This document shows positions 10,201 through 22,200 of a stretch of DNA of 57,655 nt, in pieces. Source of the stretch: a virus (taxonomy: Duplodnaviria; Caudoviricetes); IMG/VR virus record IMGVR_UViG_3300033144_001394, positions 1 through 57,655 of that record, one strand, 5' to 3'. The position numbers and the translations under genes were made by a program. The notes below the pieces were generated by a model. The model made no database searches and was not told the origin of the DNA. It saw only the letters and a program-made list of their open reading frames with translations. Each line of letters starts with the position of its first letter. Positions within the stretch are counted from its first letter, which is position 1.

Positions 10201-10312
10201 AATGATATATTTGATAATGTTAGGCTTATTCGGGATAAGGAGAATGGTGGATTCAAGCTTACAGGCAGAATGTATGATGGTCTTAATAAAGAAGGCAAAG
10301 TTAATTGGATAA
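7274..10312 (+). CDS. Large virion cargo/ejection protein; the true C-terminus is probably in the -1 frame ending at 10470
   Basis: 1012-aa ORF between structural genes. The last ~65 aa are atypical, while the -1 frame is open 10105-10470 with normal composition. Confidence 0.7.
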   Translation: MATYLPGVTDYIPQIQPFKPDYNFYSGALQMKQGQYDASHKQLSNLYGSLLNAPMLRDQNIESRDQFFKAINNDIQKISGLDLSLRENVSAASDLFTQIYDNENIVKDMVYTKNYQSELTRAESFRNCVDIEKCGGAYWEDGVKALNYKADEFRKASDQDALGMQNSKFASYQNVMEKAVKLAKDAGLNIEIDQVNGRYIYTTKNGPNLIRPLSDLFTGVFANDPSIQEYYNAQAYVQRKEWIFGNANQYGGEAGAEQAYADQMIQGMQAMFGQMEEDITFQKDMNTGQKSNLEDRITKEGTIPNSPLARQYQALNEYEQQIDATGKVIENTNGYIKNVQDPALRRAMGANLDKVMASFLLQGDITGAAETLAYKDYSVKMEADPYALENVKQSNRLALAERKFQYDIALEKYKLDPEAWEKKQMEIGDIDQNIPNTVDDVTGASEINLDDDGAAVVYEDMIKEGRNDFSKSERVLIKDYLERVKEQSRGEEFKGIASEDLVAFGEAMINEINTEEKYSTFEEGVTSTIKGQRAEGGLRLKEQWDSLSKADKVKAMHTKDFEQYLTADYGSGLSGTAIDNIFDSQIRPIIPKNEDEKVQREYLGAWNTDTGTLNNLSIIDHKEQVLDELNNWFMSENEDVLGKMKGDTGFLEYKPYLDHYFDENFKPRSAREFAHSYLDANPEQDPADPKVLERLMEVYYGDSYGAIKDSPSIYTWMDSRAREGQGGLSNKLLETTLSLLPNPMARRTRTISGLISELPADEQDAAWEKAEKEYGISNPNMNKFITPTGAGLDVAWRNGFSKHATPEGGAMYLGLMGNDSYAARGINYARVDPIAIKSGATMNVMSFFSDVLGASTGDMRLTLEGPQAEMEDVEHKADLMPIFNQLYQDMFNMASPKEGNRPVLNVTYQDIAGGTRDWTALNIKFNEPYMKEYLGSDANKGIFREKEQLTVLLRVHLKLLLKKIYIGQVNMKLKVIMIYLIMLGLFGIRRMVDSSLQAECMMVLIKKAKLIG

Positions 10313-10470
10313 CCCTTAATGAATACTCCCCTCCAGGAACAAGTCCAGACGTAATTAAGAACAGATTTCTTAATGAATTTGCACCTATTATTCAACCTGT
10401 TTATGATGATGAGATGCAATTCTATATGTCTAATCATCCTAATTATACCACCGATCCATCACAACTTTAA
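10105..10470 (+). CDS. Probable frameshifted C-terminal part of the 7274 gene (includes ORF 10270..10470)
   Basis: Open frame REGATNGFAQGTSKTSLEEDLYWTGQHEIKGYNDIFDNVRLIRDKENGGFKLTGR-MYDG...; ends 11 nt before the next ATG. Confidence 0.6.
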   Translation, partial: REGATNGFAQGTSKTSLEEDLYWTGQHEIKGYNDIFDNVRLIRDKENGGFKLTGRMYDGLNKEGKVNWITLNEYSPPGTSPDVIKNRFLNEFAPIIQPVYDDEMQFYMSNHPNYTTDPSQL

Positions 10471-10481
10471 TATTTTAGGTT

Positions 10482-13400
10482 ATGCCAAAATTAGACACCC
10501 ATGCGTTACTTACTCAGAGCCTAGCGGGTATGGATGTTTCTGATCCCTCTACTAGGGATGATATAGATCCATTAAACATGTCAGGTGATGAACTTCTTCA
10601 GGCTATCAATGATATGCCTGGTGATAAGATACCTGGAGTAGAACCAGAACTTCCAACAACACCTGAGACAGGTAATCCTCATAGTAATTATGTAAGAAAG
10701 GCATGGAGTGATTTTAAGTCTACAGCTCCTTCAGCAGCATTTAATCCATTAGCATCAGGTCAACAAGAACTCTTTGGCGCCGGTGTGGATCATCATTTCT
10801 ACGAAAGATATTATGAACATCCTAGCTTTGATAAACTTGGGTTTACACCCTTCCGAGATAACGAATCCTTCTATAACGAAAACTCATCTGCTTTAAGCGA
10901 TCTTCGTAGAACATATGGTGAATGGGCTTCTTTAGGATGGCTTGGTCTAAAAGATGCTGCTGGTTTTGGTAGTCATAGCGATGCTAAAACAGCTAAGGAG
11001 TTTGAGCATCATATGGCAATTGGTTCTAGTACAAGAGGTGGTACTACTGAATTTCTAAATAACTTGTTTCTTAATACAGGACATACTTTTGGTATCTTAG
11101 GTGAGTTAGCTATTGAGGAAATAGGACTAGCTTTAATTACAGGAGCTTCACTGGGTTCAGCTGCTCCTGTAACTGGATCTATTGCAGCTGCTCGTTTTAC
11201 TCGAGCAGCGATGAAGATTAAAGAGGGATTCAAAGTCAGTAGGAAGATAATGAACACTCTTGATAATCTTAAAGACGTTAGTAAGGCTAAGAAGTTTTTC
11301 TTAAATACAAGAAACGCAGCAGGTCGTTTTATAAATCCGTTATCATCAACAACAGCGTTCTACAAAGCAAAGAAAAGCGGTAAACTGACTAACCTAGATG
11401 GTTTAGCTACATCTACTTTAGGCTTTGCTTCTTTTTATCGTGATGTTCGTAATATCCGATTAGCTTATGGAGAATCTGCTCTTGAAGGAGGGCTGGTTCA
11501 GAATCAAATGTCTAAGGAGCTTCTTGCTGAGTTTATAGAAAAAAACGGTCGTCCTCCTACTGATAAAGAAGCGGACGAAATAACAAACACAGCTATTGCG
11601 GCAGGTCATAGTGCGGCATGGCAAAATCTACCTACTATATTCTTTAGCAACAAGATTGTCTTTGATAATATGTTCAAGACTTTTAGTCCCGTTAAAAGAC
11701 TAACTGATGATATTATTGAGGTAGCTAGTAAAGGTAAGTTTTCATTTACCAAAGGAATAGGTTATGGTAAATTAGAGAAAGGTTGGAAAGGTCTTGTACA
11801 GACAGCTAAGAATCCTAAATCATATTTTCGAAGTGGTAGAAATTACTTCAAAGCTAACTTTGCAGAAGGTCTTCAGGAAATTGCTCAGGAAACTATTTCT
11901 GGAGCTACCATGGATTACTATAAGAATAGAGGTTCTAAAGCTAATATACTTACGGGTGGTTATATGAACGTACTAGGGGAGAACTTAGAGCATATGGCTT
12001 CTGCTGAAGGACTCGAGATCTTTGGATCCGGTTTCTTAATGGGAGGTATGGTACAAGGTCCACAAAAACTAATAACAGGAGCTTGGGAAAGTAAAGGTCG
12101 GTTAAGTAAGAAGGGAAGAGAATCATATAAGGAAACTAAAGCTAAAAAAGACGAGCAGCTTAATAAAACAATTAATATTCTTAATGAGTTTTATGAAGAT
12201 CCTAAGAAGTTCTTGGCACCCGATCTTGAGAATATGATGGAGCAACATGAACTTGCTGCTGCTATGATTGAGGCAGATAATGCGGGTGATGAGAAAACAT
12301 TTAGAGATTTAAAGACAGATTCTCATTTTTCACATGCTATGACAGCCCTTGAGATGGGTAGATTTGATAGCATGGTTGAACAACTTAAGGAAGAGTTAAA
12401 CTTAAGTGATGAAGATATTTTAGCAATACCAGGTGTTAAATCAGTTGAGGGATATAAAGCCAGTATTAATAAAGCAGTAAGTCGAGCTAAAGATATCGAG
12501 AAGCGTTATGATGTAATGCAGAAGCAGTTTCCTAATCCAATTAACCCTAATCAATTTTCAGGTGTAGAACGTATAGAAGCTATAAAAGCACATGATGCTT
12601 GGAGTGAGGCTCAGAAGAATGCAATCTTTATGGGACATTCTTTCGATAGAACCTTAGAGCGAATGAATGATATTCTTAAGACAGCTAAGGAGTCATCTGA
12701 CCTTAATAATATTCCTGTAAGCGATTTCAATAAGCTATTCAACTTTGAAGATATTCATATAGAACTTCAGGATATAGAAGCTCAGATGAAGCTTATGGAT
12801 ACTGAAGAAGGCACAGCATCTAAGGAGACTAAGAAAATACGTAAGGATCGAGAAACTACATACAAGTTGCTTCAGAGTTATGAAGAAACTATGGCTGATT
12901 ATGTATCTGTTGGTGAAGATACAGTAGACGCTCCTGGATCGGAAATGACACAGGAAAATAAGGATAAGTTTAATGCTGCAGCTGATGCTTTTGAAAAATA
13001 CATTAAACACTTAGGTCAAAAACACAACCAGCCAATCTTTAATGATAACCTTGCGGAAACGTTTCAGAAAATAGTTGATTACTTCCAGTTAAAAGATGAC
13101 TCTAAAAGACTTACCTCAGCAGTAAATACTTTGATGAACCCTAGGGCTTTTAAAGAACATGTTCAACTTATTGCGGAGATTAATCAATATAACTACGAGA
13201 ATAGGAAGGTAAAAATTGGTATAATGCTTAAGGCATATGCTGATGCTAAAGGAGAGAATAAGTTCCTGAACGAATTATATGATGCAGGGATATTCTTTGA
13301 TCCAGAAGACTGGACTGCATTAAAAGAAAATGGTGATAGACCAGAGACTTTTTATGATGTTAATACAAAGGACGAAATTCAGAGAGGTACTAAGAAATTT

Positions 13401-16214
13401 ACAAAGGCATTAGAGATTGTCAATAAACATATGGAGATCTCTGGTAAGGAGATTCCAGAACATGTTGCTGAAACTACATTCTCTACCAAGAAAAGACGTA
13501 AGAAGTTCAATGATCGACGTACATATAAAGACCTAGCTGAACAATATGGATTCGATCCGAAGGCAGAGTCATCAGATGTTTCTACTATGGATGTATTAGG
13601 AGCCATTACTGATAGCCCTCATGCAACCAAACGAGAAAAAGCACTTGCTCGAGCATATATGAATCATGTTCCACTTGGAGCTACTATTAAATTTGTAAAG
13701 AACCATGATTCACCAGGATCCTATCAACATGATGATGAAGGTGGGGTAGTTACTATTGACGCTAGATATAGTTCTCGTGAGTATAGGTTAGGTTCATCAC
13801 CTATAGAGTTTGTTATTCTACATGAAGAAACGCATAGACTTACTGTAGAAGCTCTTGCTACAGATGAGGCTTATAATGAACAGATCACCGAACTAAGGGA
13901 GAAGACGCTGGCTCATTACGAGTCAGAAGCAGAAGATAAGACGGAAGGTCTTGTGAGAAGACCAGGTAAACCTTATTACGGTTTAATGGATAATGCGGAG
14001 TTCGTGGCTGAGGCCATGTCCAATTATGTATTCCAAAAGTTTTTAGGTAGTATCCCACATGAGCATAATCCTCAGAATAAAACTATTTGGGATAGCTTTG
14101 TTACACGAGTATTACAAATGCTGAAAAATACTTTCGGTAAAAAGAATACTACGGGTACGGTACTTAATGCAGCTATAGATATCATCACGGGTCAGATCGG
14201 TGGCGTAGATGCTCCTATGACGAAGATGGAGTATGAAGATGCCAAGGAGAAAATAAAAGCTCAACGTGATGAAGCTTTACAAGAACTTCAGGAACAAGCA
14301 GCAGGAGAAATTCATGAAATTGTTCAAGATGACGTAAGTTATTATCGAGGACAGATGGGAGAACCTGAAATAGATGTTGATGGTAATTTAGTTATTTATG
14401 GTAAGATAGATCCTTTATATGAAAAAGCGGGAATAAAAGGGTCTGGTGTATCTATGACCGATAATCTTGATTCAGCCGTAGACTATGGACATGGTCAAGT
14501 AGAAGTAGCTAAGAATTTAGCATCTGATGTCCTTGATGCTGAAGAGATGTTAATGGAAATTGATGAACAAGGCTGGACTCTTATTCAGATTTCAAAAGAT
14601 GCTGTAGATGTAAATAATGTAGTTAGAGAAGCAGGTGAAGTTAAAATAAAAGGTGATGTATTAACTATTCCTAAAGGTAAGTTTAAAGTACAACACATTA
14701 AAGAGGATGGTAGTATAACAATTGGAGAAATAAAAGCTCAACCAACACAACAAGATAGTGGAGGTACCCTGACTCAAACTACTCCGTATGAAACACCAGA
14801 TGGTAAAACAATTCAACTTCCAGGTACAAAAGAACGTGAATGGCCAGGAGCACCACTCCTTGGTGAAGAATGGGTAAGTGCTACCGGTAAGGAATATACA
14901 ATTACCGAGGTAACTGAAAAGGAAGTATATGCTAAGGTTGATGGTAAGAAACGCAAGCCTATCAGTAAGAAAAGCTGGTTAGATAGTCTAGATAACGGTA
15001 AGCTTAAACCATGGGAAGGTGAGTTCGAAGGTGGGATTGTTCCTACGGAAGCCGAAGTAGAAGTTCCACAAGAAGAAATTGATGCGATTCATGAGAAGTT
15101 TGATAAGAAGCTTGGTGCATTAGATAAACGTTATGCTGAGTCTAAAGTAAAAGAAGCTACAGAAGAGGCTGAGGTTGGAGACAAAGCTCAAGCATTTGAA
15201 GTAACAAGAGATACTCCTGTAGAGAGAATGCCAGAACTACTTGTTGAAAGACTGGTTGAAGGTTTTATAAACCGTAATAAAGACATGGAGCTTACTAAAG
15301 AAGATCCAATGCTTCCCGGTTTTGCTGAGATGAATCCCTTGCAAATTTCTCAGAGTAATGCATTTAGAAATTGGGTTAGAGATAGCGGTTTCGCTAAACC
15401 AGAGAAGATAATCGAAACATTTTTTGGACCTAAGAAGACTAGTAAAGATAAGATTAAGACAGAGAAAATGCGTCGTGATCTTGTAGCTCTTGGTGGATAT
15501 ACTCGTGAGGATACTAATATCATGAGTTATGCTGAGATAGAAAATGCTATTGATATAGGATTGAGTAAAGAAGAAGCTGAGGCATCATATGAGGCTGAAG
15601 ATTTAAGTACTGAAGCTAACCTTAAGGAGTTAATTAATGAAGCTAAGGTAGAGATTGTTGAGCTGCTTGCTGAACCTATAACTATGGAGGAGTTTAAAAT
15701 AGCCAAAGCTAAAGCTCAATCTATTTTTACTGAACACATTCTTAAGGGGGATGAGTCATTTACTGCAGCATGGTTTGATGAAGTTATTGAGGATACTTTA
15801 GATAGACTGGCTTTCTCATTTACTGCTGATAAGATTAAGAATGGAATGATTGTTCAAATGAAGAGTGGTCATATGATGGAGGTGGTAAATGCTAATCCTA
15901 AGAACAAAACTATACTGCTTGTAAATCCTAAAACTCAGAATGAATTTAGAGTATATCGAGATAAGGTACAGGAGCAGATCAAATACGTACCGAACGAGGC
16001 TATGAAAGAACCTAGTGTAATTAAGAAGATGACTCCTGAGAAAATTACTCCTAACGATTCAGATACTTCAGATGAAAGCATGAAGGAGACTAAAGAGATC
16101 AAAGATACAGCAAGAGAAGATACCGAGGCTGGTAAGAAAGCCGGTGAGACAGATGAAGATGTAGAAGCACAAAAGCAAAAGAGAAAAGACGCTCTTAAAA
16201 AGAACTGTAAATAG
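10482..16214 (+). CDS. Giant virion cargo (polyvalent) protein, 1910 aa: Gly/Ala-rich hydrophobic N-terminal region, zincin-like metallopeptidase, ADP-ribosyltransferase-like domain
   Basis: HEETH (13821-13835) plus EFVAE; YYRG...VSMTD...AVDY...EAGEV (14337-14642); lies directly upstream of the virion RNAP gene. Confidence 0.75.
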   Translation: MPKLDTHALLTQSLAGMDVSDPSTRDDIDPLNMSGDELLQAINDMPGDKIPGVEPELPTTPETGNPHSNYVRKAWSDFKSTAPSAAFNPLASGQQELFGAGVDHHFYERYYEHPSFDKLGFTPFRDNESFYNENSSALSDLRRTYGEWASLGWLGLKDAAGFGSHSDAKTAKEFEHHMAIGSSTRGGTTEFLNNLFLNTGHTFGILGELAIEEIGLALITGASLGSAAPVTGSIAAARFTRAAMKIKEGFKVSRKIMNTLDNLKDVSKAKKFFLNTRNAAGRFINPLSSTTAFYKAKKSGKLTNLDGLATSTLGFASFYRDVRNIRLAYGESALEGGLVQNQMSKELLAEFIEKNGRPPTDKEADEITNTAIAAGHSAAWQNLPTIFFSNKIVFDNMFKTFSPVKRLTDDIIEVASKGKFSFTKGIGYGKLEKGWKGLVQTAKNPKSYFRSGRNYFKANFAEGLQEIAQETISGATMDYYKNRGSKANILTGGYMNVLGENLEHMASAEGLEIFGSGFLMGGMVQGPQKLITGAWESKGRLSKKGRESYKETKAKKDEQLNKTINILNEFYEDPKKFLAPDLENMMEQHELAAAMIEADNAGDEKTFRDLKTDSHFSHAMTALEMGRFDSMVEQLKEELNLSDEDILAIPGVKSVEGYKASINKAVSRAKDIEKRYDVMQKQFPNPINPNQFSGVERIEAIKAHDAWSEAQKNAIFMGHSFDRTLERMNDILKTAKESSDLNNIPVSDFNKLFNFEDIHIELQDIEAQMKLMDTEEGTASKETKKIRKDRETTYKLLQSYEETMADYVSVGEDTVDAPGSEMTQENKDKFNAAADAFEKYIKHLGQKHNQPIFNDNLAETFQKIVDYFQLKDDSKRLTSAVNTLMNPRAFKEHVQLIAEINQYNYENRKVKIGIMLKAYADAKGENKFLNELYDAGIFFDPEDWTALKENGDRPETFYDVNTKDEIQRGTKKFTKALEIVNKHMEISGKEIPEHVAETTFSTKKRRKKFNDRRTYKDLAEQYGFDPKAESSDVSTMDVLGAITDSPHATKREKALARAYMNHVPLGATIKFVKNHDSPGSYQHDDEGGVVTIDARYSSREYRLGSSPIEFVILHEETHRLTVEALATDEAYNEQITELREKTLAHYESEAEDKTEGLVRRPGKPYYGLMDNAEFVAEAMSNYVFQKFLGSIPHEHNPQNKTIWDSFVTRVLQMLKNTFGKKNTTGTVLNAAIDIITGQIGGVDAPMTKMEYEDAKEKIKAQRDEALQELQEQAAGEIHEIVQDDVSYYRGQMGEPEIDVDGNLVIYGKIDPLYEKAGIKGSGVSMTDNLDSAVDYGHGQVEVAKNLASDVLDAEEMLMEIDEQGWTLIQISKDAVDVNNVVREAGEVKIKGDVLTIPKGKFKVQHIKEDGSITIGEIKAQPTQQDSGGTLTQTTPYETPDGKTIQLPGTKEREWPGAPLLGEEWVSATGKEYTITEVTEKEVYAKVDGKKRKPISKKSWLDSLDNGKLKPWEGEFEGGIVPTEAEVEVPQEEIDAIHEKFDKKLGALDKRYAESKVKEATEEAEVGDKAQAFEVTRDTPVERMPELLVERLVEGFINRNKDMELTKEDPMLPGFAEMNPLQISQSNAFRNWVRDSGFAKPEKIIETFFGPKKTSKDKIKTEKMRRDLVALGGYTREDTNIMSYAEIENAIDIGLSKEEAEASYEAEDLSTEANLKELINEAKVEIVELLAEPITMEEFKIAKAKAQSIFTEHILKGDESFTAAWFDEVIEDTLDRLAFSFTADKIKNGMIVQMKSGHMMEVVNANPKNKTILLVNPKTQNEFRVYRDKVQEQIKYVPNEAMKEPSVIKKMTPEKITPNDSDTSDESMKETKEIKDTAREDTEAGKKAGETDEDVEAQKQKRKDALKKNCK

Positions 16215-19200
16215 ATGGCAATAAATTGTAAGTTGGGTCAAGAGGCTCAGAGAGAGATTAGAACAACAGTAGCAGCTGAACTAACGCAAATGTTAAGAAA
16301 AGGAACTCCCTTTGAACTTAAGTCTTTTATAAAAAATGTATATGATGAGATCAAAGAAGACTTTGGTCATGAAATTGCTATTGATGCAGCTCGTCTTACT
16401 CCTATCTTTATTAAGCAGGTTATCAATAACGATACTCAATTACTTAAGACCTTAATTAAAGATAGAGGTCTTGTTGAATCAGATATTACCAACCTAATCT
16501 TCGAAGTAGAGGAGGATGGTGGTGCTGAATACATGGAAGATTATTTAGGTACGTCTGAGAGTGTAGCAGATATACTTGAAATACTTAATGAGGATCAAGA
16601 CTTTAGAACTGAAGAGGAGATTGATAAGGAGAAGGCTGAAAAGATGGCTGAAGGTACAGCTCCACCAACTCGTCCTGCTTTAACGTTTACTGGATCTACA
16701 GGACAAGTTCCTTCAGTTAGAGAAGAAGAAGGAGAGTTCCAAGCATACGCCCCAACTCTTTTATCCGATCTAGGGCAAGAGGCTTTGTCCATGAAGAAGA
16801 ATGATCCTAATTATAATGTCCCAGATAAACAACAGTCTATTTATTATAAAGTAAAAAGAGCCATTATCAAAGGTTTAGGTCTTGCTGACTATGATAGTTC
16901 ACTTATGGATTTTCAAAGCAAAGGACCTATGTTCCTCAAGGCTGTTTCTTTAAGTGAGATAGCTAAAGGAGATAGAAAGCCAGGTACGTTGTCTGATGCG
17001 CAACTTAAATCAGGCGTTGCTATGATGCTTGTAGATAAGAATGGTAAACCTATGAGATTTGATGCGGAAGGTAATGTAGCAGATGTAGGTACATTAATGT
17101 ATTATAATCTACGTAGGGCCAATAAGAAAGAGATTTACGATAAGGACGGTAATATTAAATTAACTAAGAACGATCGTAAAAGAGCAGAGTCTCTAGCTGC
17201 CATGAAAAACATTACTGTAGCAGAGGCCGAGACTACCATTAAACGAGAGATTAAGCTTATTGAGAGCATTCGTAATTATATTAAGGAAGATGCTAATAAT
17301 AGTATCACCTTTAAGATTAACGGAGGATCTTTAGGTTATTCTCCATTTGACTGGAATGTGCATACTCCAATAAGTGATATTACTTTTGATAGTCCTGATG
17401 AGTTTGATCCAGTAACTGTTATTTCTAACTTCGAGGTACCTGGTTTATTAGAAGGTGAAACATACTTTATTTTAGATTCATTACATGGTAATCCTATTGT
17501 AGCTGAGAGACCCGCTCTTAAGGATACACCCTATGGTGAGTTTCTTACTTCATTGCTTATTGATGATGTGGTGGATAAGTTTGGAGTTCCAATAACCAAC
17601 CAACGTAAACGGAAGATCCTGAATGATTATATTAACACTGAGGAAGGTAATTTTAGATTTTATCCGGATACTGGTGATGTTTTATTATATACTGAAAGAC
17701 TTAAGACTAATACTTCTGAACAACGTGAAATTGCCAGAAAGAAGCTTACAGAACATTTTTCTGTGCTCAGCCCTGTTCGTAGAATTACAACTGACCAAAT
17801 TAATGATCGAAGAAAGATCTCCTCTACTACGCCGAGAGATCAATGGAAACTTAATGACATTCTTGTTTATACAGATAAAGATGGAGGTAAGACCTATCGT
17901 GTTATAGAGTACGCTAAGATTCATACAGCCAAATCTCTTATTAGCGGAAAACTCCAAGATATCAAGGCTATGGATAGACTTGATGATGGTACCGTACGTA
18001 TGATTACTGAGCCGGTATCTTATAAGGAATTCATCAAGAAACATTATACGGTACATCATACACTTAATGGTCAAGATAAGATTGTTAGACTTAATGCCTA
18101 CATGACCTTTGAACCTATGGTTGAAGAGTTGAGTAAGATAGAAGCTGAGGATTATGCTGAAAGTATAATAACCAAGTCTCAAGCTAATAAACCACGTCCA
18201 CAATCATTAACTGATGAGTTTAATGATGATCCTATAGCAAAGCTTATTCAGGAGCATAGAGATAATACTAAGCTACATAAGAATCTTGATCGTAAAGTAG
18301 ATGAGATGAAAGCTACATCTACTCAGATGAAAGAAGCTGAGGAATGGTATAAGAATCATCCACTATCAGAACATTTTCCTCTAAAGGTTTTAATGAAGAT
18401 GGTTAATCAGAAAGGTTCCGCAGTAGCGAGCTGGTCTATGGCCGGTATTACTTTATATAAAGGAGCAGATTTCTCTGATGTATATCATGAGGCATGGCAT
18501 GCGTTCACTCAAGCATATCTAACTAAAGAACAGAAGAAAGAACTTTACAGTGAAGCACGTAAGAAAAAAGGAACCTTTAAAGATCATCATAACAATCTAG
18601 TATCTTTTGCATTTGCTACAGAGTTGCAGCTTGAAGAGTATTTGGCTGAGGAATTTAGAACATATATGTTATCTGGAGGTAAAAACATTAAAAATGCTCC
18701 GGTACGTAATAACATATTCCAGAAGATACTTAATGCACTTAAGGCGTTATTCGAAGGAGTTACGGTTACACAGATGGCATTGGATGAACGTGCTAATGTT
18801 AAGATCAAAGAACTATATGATAAACTTCGTGTAGGTAATCTTACTGAATATACCCACTCTGCAGAGAACGTTCAGTTCGGTGAGTTAAATCAAGGTATAC
18901 AACCTTTTGATGCAGAATCAGATATGCAATACCAGTTGGATTATGAAAATTCACAAGGAATTGTTAATATGATTGATGCTTTAGTATCAGAATGGGCTGA
19001 TGTATTAAATGCTATTCCTGGAGTAACTGACGAAGAAGCATTAAGAATAGCAGCACTTAAAGATCAGGTAGCAAATGGTGAATTAAAAGGAGCAGAGCTT
19101 AAGGAAGCTAAAAATACTATAGAGGGGCTTAAAGCTAAGTCAACCTATAAGTATACCTCTACTCTATTTAATACACAAGAGGATACGAAACGTACTTATA

Positions 19201-22200
19201 AGTATGTAAAAGTTCGTATGGCACAGCTGCATAATGAATTAGAAGCTAAGAGAGAAGCAGCAACCACTGGAACAGAGAAAGCACAATTCGATAAGACCAT
19301 ACGAGATATCTGGTATGCTCTTGTACACTTCGGTGATGTAGAGAACTTTTCTAATAATGCTACGGATGATAGTAACAACGTTAAAGGAGTCATGGCGTAT
19401 CACGCTAAGAAGTCTCGTTACATCATTGAGGAAATTGTAGACTTATTCTTTGCTGAAGATAATATGAGTGAGACTGATCTTATGGTTAAAGGTCGTCAAG
19501 CTATGTATGATAAGTCTGGTAATGAGGTCTCTTCACTTGAGCTTGCTTCTCGTGAGATTGTTTATTTGCTTCATGGGTTGTTTGAAGTGAATGAGGATAC
19601 TGGCGAAATAGGGCAGGATAACTTTGGTGCTCCTAAACTAGCGCCTTTTACTGAGGTGTGGAATAGATTGGCACGGTCTCTTTCTAATAAACCAGGGCCG
19701 GAGGCTATGGAAGCCGCGTTACTTGCAGAGGCGGAGGACTATCCTCCATTCAAGCAGCTGCTTAATAAGCTTGGCCCGCTATCTACTTTATCTACTACAG
19801 AAACAGATTTGTGGTCTAAATTCTGGCAGACATTTAACTTGACTAGAGTTCCTCTAATGCAGATGACTGTAGAAAAGGTTGTTGATGATAAGGGTAATGT
19901 AACATATGAGTCAAAGATAGGTGAGGCATCTGCTGATCATAAAAGAATTGGTCGTGACTGGCAGTCACAATTTGCTTCTGTAATTCCTAGTAATACAAAG
20001 GGTGATCCGGGTTATTATATGAAGAATGATGATGAGGGTAATTATCTTGATGTTAAAAGAGTAATAGAAGATTTTCCATTTTCGGCTTTATCCAATAATG
20101 TTTGGGAGTTCTATAATGCTATTGGCATTAAGCTCTCGGATAAGGATGTCATTCGTAAGGGACTTGAAGATAAAGAGATTATAAAATCAGCTATCTTTTA
20201 TCTTAAACGTCTCTATGTTTTTAGAGGTAAAGATGCCAAAGGCGATGAGGGTTGGAAGATTCGCAGTATGGCTGATCTGAATAAAGATTTGGAGATGCCT
20301 AAATCCAAGCAGAAAAAAGAATTGAAAAAAGGTGAGAAAGCTAAAGTAATTCCATATTTGATTCCTAGTACTCCAGGTGTCGAAAAGTTTTATGTTTATG
20401 GAGAAGGACAAGGTAAGATCTATAAAACGCTAATGGAGCTAGAGGCTAGATACTCGAATACTCTTAATAATTTTATGGTGACTAATGCTGAGGGTAATAC
20501 TCAGTTTGAACATAGTCAAAATAATACACTTACCATTACGGTTAATGCTATTAACTACGCTAAGAGCTATCAGGATTTAATAGATATGCCTCATATGGCT
20601 CATCTCGATATAGAGAGGAACCCATTTGCTAAGGCTTCTATCTGGTTGAATTCTATTTTCCATATGGATGCTAATGATCCAGTTTTATTTGGTCAAAAGC
20701 GTGAGGTTAATGGAGAAGAGGTTAAGCTTCGACTAAACAACCTAAGTGGTGTTATGTTGGAACAGGAAGGAAAAGATACAACAGAAGGTGTAGCCTCAGC
20801 TAAAGCTGATAAGTTTGCTAAGCTGATCATGGATTTTCATTTAAATACTGAAGAACATCTCCCTGAGCTGATGAGACACTCTGATAAAGGAACGTCGTTC
20901 TCTGTTTCTTTAACTAAGATATTTCCTCTGAATGGAGAAGGCTCTAATCAATATATTGATAATGTGACATTCCTAGATGAACCATCTTCCTATAACGGAG
21001 CAGCTGCTAATCTTTTGATTCCTCATATTAATGCTGAGTTGCAGAGGATTAGAATAATGGAGCAGATGTATGCTAAACCAGATGGTCCTTTTGATTTTAG
21101 ATATATGGAGCGTGGTCTTAAATTTACTGCCTTTGATGATATTCTTCTGGATAAAACCAAGGAGCTGATTCTTGAGCAGGATGATCTGATTGAGTATCTT
21201 GATACTGCTACTCCAGAGAGTAATGCTTTGAAGGCAAAGATTGTTCAGGATCTATCCAACTATTTTGCAGAGCAGACTGATACTGTTGTTAAGCTGATGG
21301 TTGGTAATGAGTTTATTTCTGATAGCTTGGTTGATAAGATAGAAGGTACTGCTCGGAATCATCTTCTTCAGTTTGATGATGCGAAGACTAAGAAGGCCTT
21401 AATTAATTCTTATGTCTATAATTCTTTTATCCATAATGTTGAGTCCTTAAGTATCATCTATGGAGATCTAGCGCAGTATAACCACATTAAGGAGGAGTTT
21501 CATAAAAGGAATGCTGGTGCTGGTTCTACTGGTCGAATCTTCCGTACTGATGCTGCCATGAAAAATTACGTCAATAAGATTCGAGGTAGGAAATATTCTG
21601 AGGCTTATGGTGGAGAGAATGGATATAAGGATTTTGATGGTACTATGGAGACAGCTATTATTCAGGATAGTGAGGTTGGTTCTGTTTATCATAAGGAATA
21701 TGCTAAAGCTACTGGTAATAAAGAAGCTGATCCATATGCTAAAGGTAATATGAATGAAGCTGATGCCCAAGGGTATATTAGTTTTGACTCTTATCGTATC
21801 TTAAAAACAGCTCAGGGCGCCTGGTCTGATGAGCATGAAGAATTATACAAAGACATTGTTAATGGTCGTGAGTATGACTCGACTAAGGTTTCTGTATTCT
21901 TTTCTAGTTATAAGGTGCAGTATTTCGGTGCATTGAAAACGGAAGGTCTTCCAGTAACTGCACTTCATAAGTTTAACCTCTTTCCTCTTATACCAACAGC
22001 AATCAAGAATACTAAACTTGAGAAGTTACATGAGAAGATGATGGCTGAAGGTATTGATTATACTTTGTTTGAGTCAGGGTCCAAGGTTGGTACTCTGACA
22101 AATCCTTATGTATTAGATGAGAATGGTAATCCTACAACTGAACTTAATGTTGATGCTGAGGGAAACTTTTTAAGAGATGAGGGATATGATAAGGATCGTA

